Under the pieces are notes generated by a model, which did not search any database, was not told where the DNA came from, and worked only from the letters and a program-made list of their open reading frames with translations. Of a stretch of DNA of 20,000 nt, positions 14,522 through 20,000 are shown one piece after another (the first letter of the stretch is position 1; every line of letters begins with the position of its first letter). The position numbers were made by a program, and so were the translations under genes. The stretch comes from an uncultured virus (IMG/VR IMGVR_UViG_3300023176_003360) (Duplodnaviria > Heunggongvirae > Uroviricota > Caudoviricetes): IMG/VR virus record IMGVR_UViG_3300023176_003360, one strand, 5' to 3'.

Positions 14522-14827
14522 TTACGCAGGATCTATTTTGACTTGTAATGGATAACCGTTTTCTCTTGCAAGAACACTAGTCTCTACGCCTTTTTGTTCT
14601 GCAATTTCGTAAGGATAAATTCCTGCCACACCACTGCCGTTATTGTGTATCTGTTGCATTATGGAATTAGCACGTTCGGAATTGTGTTTGAATAGTTCAA
14701 CCAAAATTTGAACAACAAAGTTCATTGGAGTAATGTCGTCGTTAAAAAAGACAACCTTGTACATTCCAGGTTCTTTTAGTGTATACGTCTGCTTTTCTTT
14801 GGTAATTGTATCCGCTTGTGTTGTCAT
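14522..14827 (-). CDS. clpS: N-degron adaptor ClpS
   Basis: YKVVFFNDDITPMNFVV…IHNNGSGVAGIYPYEIAEQK…YPL. Confidence 0.95.
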   Translation of the reverse strand: MTTQADTITKEKQTYTLKEPGMYKVVFFNDDITPMNFVVQILVELFKHNSERANSIMQQIHNNGSGVAGIYPYEIAEQKGVETSVLARENGYPLQVKIDPA

Positions 14828-14892
14828 TTAGTTGTTACCCCTTAACATATTTATTTTAATACTATACACTATAATATGAGTATTTGCAAGTA

Positions 14893-14916
14893 GGGAGAGC
14901 ACCAAAGTACCCTCCC
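14893..14916 (-). terminator. Hairpin after hsp20 (possible terminator, weak U-tract)
   Basis: GGGAGGGTAC-TTTG-GTGCTCTCCC. Confidence 0.55.
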
Positions 14917-14930
14917 ATTTTGCTACGTGA

Positions 14931-15371
14931 TTACTTCGCTTCTAGAACTTCAATCTTGCGAGGTTTTAATGCCTCTGGGATTTGTTTTTCAAGCGATACA
15001 GTAAGGATACCGTTTTTCATTTCAGCACCTTTTACTTCCACGTGATCCGCAAGTTTGAACACTCTCTTAAATGCTCTGCCGGCAATGCCTTTGTGCATAT
15101 AGTTGCGAGTGTCGCCTTCGTCCTTGCCTTCTGTGTTACCAGAAATAACAAGATCTCCTTGGTCGATTTGGATATCAACATCTTTACGATCAAATCCAGC
15201 AAGTGCTAGTTCAATAGCATAGTTGCTTTCATCAGTCTTGATGATGTTGTATGGTGGATAAGATGTGCCGTTTACTGTGTTAGTAAAGAAGCGGTTTTCT
15301 AACTCATCAAATAATGAGTCAAATCCTACTGTTGCACGATGAAATGGGGTTAGATCAAATGTATTAGTCAT
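14931..15371 (-). CDS. Small heat-shock protein (Hsp20/IbpA family)
   Basis: VGFDSLF, SYPPYNI, YAIELALAGF, YMHKGIAGRAFKRVFKL, NGILTVSL, PRKIEV. Confidence 0.96.
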   Translation of the reverse strand: MTNTFDLTPFHRATVGFDSLFDELENRFFTNTVNGTSYPPYNIIKTDESNYAIELALAGFDRKDVDIQIDQGDLVISGNTEGKDEGDTRNYMHKGIAGRAFKRVFKLADHVEVKGAEMKNGILTVSLEKQIPEALKPRKIEVLEAK

Positions 15372-15465
15372 TTTAGTTTCCTCCTATAATTAGCAAGGTT
15401 TATACCTTGGTTTTTTAACCCAAAAATTGTAGAACCCATTATGGCCTTCTACAACTTTATTTATA
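15372..15465 (-). promoter_or_regulatory. TATAAATA promoter plus ROSE-like RNA thermometer 5' UTR of hsp20
   Basis: TATAAATA at 15465-15458, two upstream hairpins, then CCTTGCT (15398-15392) able to pair with SD AGGAGG (15385-15380). Confidence 0.72.
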
Positions 15466-15585
15466 ACAGTTTTATCTGTTATATATATTATATAGTAACT
15501 CTTTTGTAAAAGTCAACCACTTTTGGATAATTTTTTTATCAATCATACATATGCTAAATAATATACGTACTTAATAGGATATATT

Positions 15586-15870
15586 ATGGATACCAAAAAA
15601 CGACTAGACATACTTGAAGAAAAAGTTGATATGATTATGGCAAGATTGGGCATTCAATACAATGTAAAGCCGGAACTTGAAGTTATCAGCAAAGACGATT
15701 CTAGCACTAGATTAGAACTACAAAAAACAAAAAACGAAATTAAAGTTCTTAAAATTAAGTTTCGCAAAACGCCTGTACAAAGTCCTGTGCGTGGAGAAAC
15801 ATTAAAATCACTTGAAGAACTAATTGAAAAACAATCTAAACTAGAGGCGGAATTAAGTGAATCAAACTGA
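15586..15870 (+). CDS. Hypothetical coiled-coil protein
   Basis: 94 aa, SD AGGA, TAAATA at 15555-15560, heptad pattern; overlaps the hemA start. Confidence 0.75.
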   Translation: MDTKKRLDILEEKVDMIMARLGIQYNVKPELEVISKDDSSTRLELQKTKNEIKVLKIKFRKTPVQSPVRGETLKSLEELIEKQSKLEAELSESN

Positions 15871-17053
15871 TCTAGATAAATTCGAACACGCAATTCAAAC
15901 GTTAAAAGACGAGGGTAGATATCGTGTGTTTAACGATATTCTTAGAGAGTGCGGAGACTTTCCTCGAGCAATATGGTATTCAAAGTACGCAATCAAAAAA
16001 ATTATCAATTGGTGTAGCAATGACTACTTAGGTATGGGCCAACATCAGTTTGTTTTAGATAGTATGCGAACAGCACTAGAAACAGCCGGTGCTGGTAGTG
16101 GCGGTACACGCAACATATCAGGAACAACACATTATCATGTAGCACTTGAAGCAGAACTTGCTCGACTACACAACAAAGAAGCCGCACTGCTTTTTACAAG
16201 TGCTTTTAATGCTAACGAAACTACACTAGAAACAGTTGCTAAAATTATTCCAGATATTACTTTTATTAGTGATAGCAAAAATCACAGTTCACTAATACAA
16301 GGTATTAGGCATTCACGTGCCAACAAGGTTATTTGGACACACAACGATTTAGAAGAATTAGAACTTAAACTTCAACAAATTGAAGGACCTAAAATGGTTG
16401 TGTTTGAATCAGTTTACTCTATGGACGGAGATATCGCTCCCGTCAACGACATAGTGGATCTTTGTAAGAAATACGATGCTATGAGTTACATTGATGAAGT
16501 CCACGCTGTAGGACTATATGGTTCTACCGGTGCTGGAGTTTGTGAGGAAAGGGGAGTAGACCCTGACATTATCAATGGAACTCTTGCAAAGGCTTATGGG
16601 GTCCAAGGTGGTTATATTGCCGCTAGTAAAACATTCATTGACGCCATAAGAAGTTATGCGCCAGCATTTATATTCACTACCTCACTATCCCCCGTGTTAT
16701 GTGCAGGTGCTTTGGCGTCAGTGAAGTATGTTAAAGAACATGCTGAATTAAGAATGATGATACAAGTAAAAGCAGAAGAACTTAAACGTAAATTAACAGA
16801 TCGCAACATACCTATCCTAGAAAACAACAGTCATATTGTGCCTGTTATGATTAAAGATCCGGTTAAGTGTAAACAAATTTCTGATGACTTGTTATACAAA
16901 GACGGCATTTATGTACAGCCGATTAACTATCCTACAGTTGATAAAGGTACCGAACGATTACGTTTTTGTCCAGGACCTAATCACACCACAGCAATGATGG
17001 ACGAACTAGTTGATAAATTAATAGTAGTGTTAGAAAGGCACAAAATAATATGA
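15857..17053 (+). CDS. hemA: 5-aminolevulinate synthase (C4/Shemin pathway)
   Basis: [60 protein letters not shown] (PLP lysine), [16 protein letters not shown]. Confidence 0.97.
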   Translation: MNQTDLDKFEHAIQTLKDEGRYRVFNDILRECGDFPRAIWYSKYAIKKIINWCSNDYLGMGQHQFVLDSMRTALETAGAGSGGTRNISGTTHYHVALEAELARLHNKEAALLFTSAFNANETTLETVAKIIPDITFISDSKNHSSLIQGIRHSRANKVIWTHNDLEELELKLQQIEGPKMVVFESVYSMDGDIAPVNDIVDLCKKYDAMSYIDEVHAVGLYGSTGAGVCEERGVDPDIINGTLAKAYGVQGGYIAASKTFIDAIRSYAPAFIFTTSLSPVLCAGALASVKYVKEHAELRMMIQVKAEELKRKLTDRNIPILENNSHIVPVMIKDPVKCKQISDDLLYKDGIYVQPINYPTVDKGTERLRFCPGPNHTTAMMDELVDKLIVVLERHKII

Positions 17054-17469
17054 ATAAAATAAAAAGATATATGTATATGGGTCTTGGATTCCTTTGTGTG
17101 GGATTAGCATACATTGGAATAGTTACACCCGGTATACCATTTTCAATCTTTCTTGTTATAGCGGCTTGGGCATTTGCCAAAAGCAGTCCAAAAATGGAGG
17201 CATGGTTGTATAATCACCCTTGGTTTGGCAAGTTTCTAACTAACTGGAATAAGAAACGAGTATTTCCTACAAGAGGAAAATATGCAATGGTAATTGTGAT
17301 GGCATCAACCCTTGCTATTACATATCACGCAACAGGTAATCTAAAAGCAGTTCTATGGAGCGGTGCATTTATGTTAGGTGTTGCTATTTGGGCATGGAGA
17401 TATCCAGGCTCGGTTGAAGAACATCAGCGTAGAATAGATGCTGGAGAAAAAGTAGCGTGGCTAAAATAA
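17050..17469 (+). CDS. ybaN: YbaN/DUF454 family inner-membrane protein
   Basis: [38 protein letters not shown]. Confidence 0.88.
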   Translation: MNKIKRYMYMGLGFLCVGLAYIGIVTPGIPFSIFLVIAAWAFAKSSPKMEAWLYNHPWFGKFLTNWNKKRVFPTRGKYAMVIVMASTLAITYHATGNLKAVLWSGAFMLGVAIWAWRYPGSVEEHQRRIDAGEKVAWLK

Positions 17470-17477
17470 CCACGCTA
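17453..17477. terminator. Hairpin between convergent ybaN and porin genes
   Basis: TAGCGTGG-N9-CCACGCTA spanning the ybaN stop codon. Confidence 0.65.
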
Positions 17478-17482
17478 TCTTC

Positions 17483-18049
17483 TTAGAATTTAAATTCTAA
17501 AGTAGTTCCAAGGAACATATTTGTTTTGTTAAAATCGCCGTCGGCTTCATGTTGTACAAACATGTTTAACTTGGCATTCTGAGCAATATCAAAGTTGTAA
17601 CCAACCTTGCTTTGGTACTCGTCAATGCTCATATCATCACTTACACCTTGACCATAATGTAGCATAGGTGTAATTTCAGCATAAGCATTGCCTAGTTTTA
17701 CACCAAACTGTGAACGTACTCTAAAGTAATCATCGGTAGTACCTTCAAAGTATCTATATTCAACTCTTGGTTTAATGTAAACAAATTCGTTATTCAATAA
17801 CGTATAGGTTATTTTAGGACGATGTTCAGTTTTACCCGTTTGTTCATCATAACGATATGCAAGTTCCCAATCACCTACATATTTTTCAAGTTGAATATGA
17901 TCTCTACTTGAGTTAGTGTATGTTCTTACTTCGATCCCCATATCATCTGTTTTAACTTTAAAGTTAAACTGATTAGTATCGAAATCATCAGCAAGTGCCA
18001 TACCTGATAGTAAAGTCATACCAATAGTCAATAAAAATTTCTTAAACAT
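17483..18049 (-). CDS. Small outer-membrane beta-barrel/porin-like protein
   Basis: Signal peptide ending ALA, alternating strands (PRVEYRYF, DYFRVRSQFG), C-terminal LEFKF; SD AAGGAG. Confidence 0.75.
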   Translation of the reverse strand: MFKKFLLTIGMTLLSGMALADDFDTNQFNFKVKTDDMGIEVRTYTNSSRDHIQLEKYVGDWELAYRYDEQTGKTEHRPKITYTLLNNEFVYIKPRVEYRYFEGTTDDYFRVRSQFGVKLGNAYAEITPMLHYGQGVSDDMSIDEYQSKVGYNFDIAQNAKLNMFVQHEADGDFNKTNMFLGTTLEFKF

Positions 18050-18058
18050 ATATCTCCT

Positions 18059-19096
18059 TTAAATGAATGTAATAAGACCGGCGGTTGCTATTACGCTTCC
18101 GCCCCATAAGCCTAAAATTGTAGCATAGTATCTTAACTTTGTTCCAAAGTACAGCATACCTATTGCTACACACTTATGCATTGGTGATATCAAGTATCCA
18201 ACAAAATCTACAGCAAAGAACCAAGGTAGGTACTCTAGTCCGTAGATACTTGCCATCAATACTGTAATAGCACCAAATCGAGAACTGGAGCCTAGTGCAA
18301 ATGCTCCAGCAAAACTAAACAAACTTAGTAACGCAAATCCACTTAATGTATTAATATCAAGTCCTGCATTGCCTAAAAAGTTTTTAATATTATCTGTATT
18401 TTCTACAGCATAGTTGGCCGCAACAATAATAAGTGCCACCCAACCTACGAGTTTCCAATCAACATATCCTAATAATTTTTTATAATCAAATGTTCTTGTG
18501 CAGAACATGTAATAAATTGTTAGAGATCCAAATGCCCATATAAAATCAATGCCAGCAATAATAGCACCAACGCCTGCTATGTATGGAAATACATATCTTG
18601 TTATGCGACTAATTTTTATATCTGTTTCACAGTCTTTTAGTTCTATGTCGTTTTCTTTTACTCCCCAAATTAGGTAAGCAAGAATAAATGCAATCGAAAC
18701 TAATAATAGAGGCCAAATAATTCCAATCCAAGCACCATAACTTAAACCAAATGCCGCCATGGGTAGAATAACTGTTTTTTCTAGTGGTGACCAAAAGTAA
18801 TAGTGGTGTGTGCTAACATAGTCAATAGGACCAAACTTTTCACGCCCACAACACCCTTTATCCGGAGCAAGTGTTTCAAGCATACCTGCACTTACTGTTA
18901 CTCGTCCTTTGATTGGTAATAGTCCTGTTAGGGCACTTACCACAGCAACAACGGCTTTTTTGCTTTTAAGTGTTTGTTCGAAATAACAAAAGATGTCTTT
19001 AAATAGTCCGTGTTCTTTGATCATTCCTGCGATCATCATTACGAACACAATAAGAAGCAGATAAATCTGTCCGTTGTATAATAAACTATAATCCAT
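18059..19096 (-). CDS. Multi-pass inner-membrane permease-like protein (IT-superfamily/DUF401-like, uncertain)
   Basis: About 10 hydrophobic segments; motifs GLLPIKG, HHYYFWSPLE and GYLISPMHKC. Confidence 0.7.
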   Translation of the reverse strand: MDYSLLYNGQIYLLLIVFVMMIAGMIKEHGLFKDIFCYFEQTLKSKKAVVAVVSALTGLLPIKGRVTVSAGMLETLAPDKGCCGREKFGPIDYVSTHHYYFWSPLEKTVILPMAAFGLSYGAWIGIIWPLLLVSIAFILAYLIWGVKENDIELKDCETDIKISRITRYVFPYIAGVGAIIAGIDFIWAFGSLTIYYMFCTRTFDYKKLLGYVDWKLVGWVALIIVAANYAVENTDNIKNFLGNAGLDINTLSGFALLSLFSFAGAFALGSSSRFGAITVLMASIYGLEYLPWFFAVDFVGYLISPMHKCVAIGMLYFGTKLRYYATILGLWGGSVIATAGLITFI

Positions 19097-19130
19097 GAAG
19101 TCCTCTAATATATTATATAATTATACAATC

Positions 19131-19162
19131 AAAAAAAGGGACAGTCTATATATGACTGCCCC
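19131..19162 (-). terminator. Intrinsic terminator after peroxiredoxin
   Basis: GGGGCAGTC-loop-GACTGTCCC-TTTTTTT on the minus strand. Confidence 0.8.
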
Positions 19163-19169
19163 AAATTTT

Positions 19170-19721
19170 TTAAGCCGCTTCTACGACTTTACTGTTTAGA
19201 TATTCCATTACATTTTCAGGTGAAGTTTCACCGTATGGATCTGGATTATCTGCTGATGATTCTGGTTCAACAAACATTCTTTCAACTTTACCATCGTTAA
19301 TTACAACAGCAAAGCGTCTTGAACGCTTACCAAAACCAACTGCACTCATATCAACAAGCATACCCAATGACTTAGCAAGTTCGCCGTTGCCATCTGGAAT
19401 TACTTTGATATTCTTAATGCCTAGGTGTTGTGCCCATGCATTCATTACAAAACTATCATTAACGCTCGATACATAAACTTCATCGATGTCGTTGTTAATA
19501 ATAGTTTCATAATTTTCTTCAAACCCTGGAAGTTGATAAGTTGAACAGGTTGGTGTAAACGCACCTGGTAGTGAGAATACTAATACTCTTTTACCACCAA
19601 ATAGTTCAGTTGTAGTTTTACCTACAAACTCGCCACCGATTGGACAACCGCCTTCTTCGGGTTCTTCATCGCCTACGCGACATTGAAACGTGATCTCTGG
19701 GATCTTGTAATTGTCATTCAT
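19170..19721 (-). CDS. Peroxiredoxin, Prx5/type II family
   Basis: LPGAFTPTCS, SVNDSFVMNAW, IPDGNGE, RSRRFAVVI. Start moved to ATG 19721 behind AAGGAG. Confidence 0.95.
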   Translation of the reverse strand: MNDNYKIPEITFQCRVGDEEPEEGGCPIGGEFVGKTTTELFGGKRVLVFSLPGAFTPTCSTYQLPGFEENYETIINNDIDEVYVSSVNDSFVMNAWAQHLGIKNIKVIPDGNGELAKSLGMLVDMSAVGFGKRSRRFAVVINDGKVERMFVEPESSADNPDPYGETSPENVMEYLNSKVVEAA

Positions 19722-19755
19722 AAGTGTGTGTCTCCTTTTAGTGTTGACAATACTA

Positions 19756-19783
19756 ATTATACGCAAAACCTATTAAAAGTCAA
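19756..19783 (-). promoter_or_regulatory. Sigma70-like promoter for peroxiredoxin
   Basis: TTGACT-16 nt-TATAAT. Confidence 0.65.
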
Positions 19784-19845
19784 GCGATCTATTAGTTTTT
19801 TCTATTGTATTTTTCAATAGGTGTTATTGTTTATATCTATTATAA

Positions 19846-20000
19846 TCAAGCATAAACGCTATTGAATTGGTTGTTAGCACGAACAAATGTAGCACACTTG
19901 CTCAACTGCTTTAGTGTTGGTGCCCCAACGTAAGTACAAGTAGAACGCAACCCACCCAAAATATTTTGAATAGTATCGCCCACTGCTCCTCTGTAAGGCA
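19846..20000 (-). CDS. guaC: GMP reductase, 3' end only
   Basis: [40 protein letters not shown]… matches the GuaC C-terminus; stop TGA at 19848-19846. Confidence 0.85.
   Translation of the reverse strand, partial: PYRGAVGDTIQNILGGLRSTCTYVGAPTLKQLSKCATFVRANNQFNSVYA

Noticed and set aside
19722..19766. Track's longer N-termini (peroxiredoxin 19766; also 7448, 10875, 5664)
   Set aside because: Downstream starts have clear SD sequences, and the extensions overlap promoters, tRNAs or upstream genes.
1..20000. Bacterial chromosome origin, or stop-codon recoding
   Set aside because: T4-late-like promoters, dispersed tRNAs and isolated auxiliary genes favour a phage, although no structural gene is in the window. 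Genes are intact in code 11 and use TAA, TAG and TGA as stops.

Overview
This AT-rich window is almost certainly from a large T4-like or jumbo dsDNA phage. The evidence is repeated T4-late-like (TA)TAAATA promoters, six CCA-encoding tRNA genes and a mosaic of auxiliary genes. ALA synthase, hemO-pcyX and a ROSE-like thermometer suggest an alphaproteobacterial host (inference). The left 8.8 kb (minus strand) is one envelope cluster: csgF, csgG, curlin-like, FecR-domain, curlin fusion, small secreted protein, autotransporter-like barrel, and a CHASE2 class III adenylate cyclase. The middle holds an AdoMetDC-like gene, a metallophosphoesterase and tRNAs Leu(UAG), Glu(UUC), Cys(GCA), Trp(CCA), Arg(GCG) and Thr(UGU). 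The right part holds a PD-(D/E)xK-like protein, pcyX, hemO, clpS, hsp20, hemA, ybaN, a porin, a permease, a peroxiredoxin and the 3' end of guaC. Three RNA-level signals stand out. (1) A complete leader-peptide transcription attenuator with Cys-Ile-Trp-Cys control codons sits directly upstream of tRNA-Trp and tRNA-Cys. (2) A terminator hairpin carries a perfect 20-nt antisense copy of the ribosome-binding region of its own gene 2 kb upstream. (3) Several genes appear leaderless (TAAATA-N5-ATG). All calls come from reading the sequence; no database searches or folding software were run.
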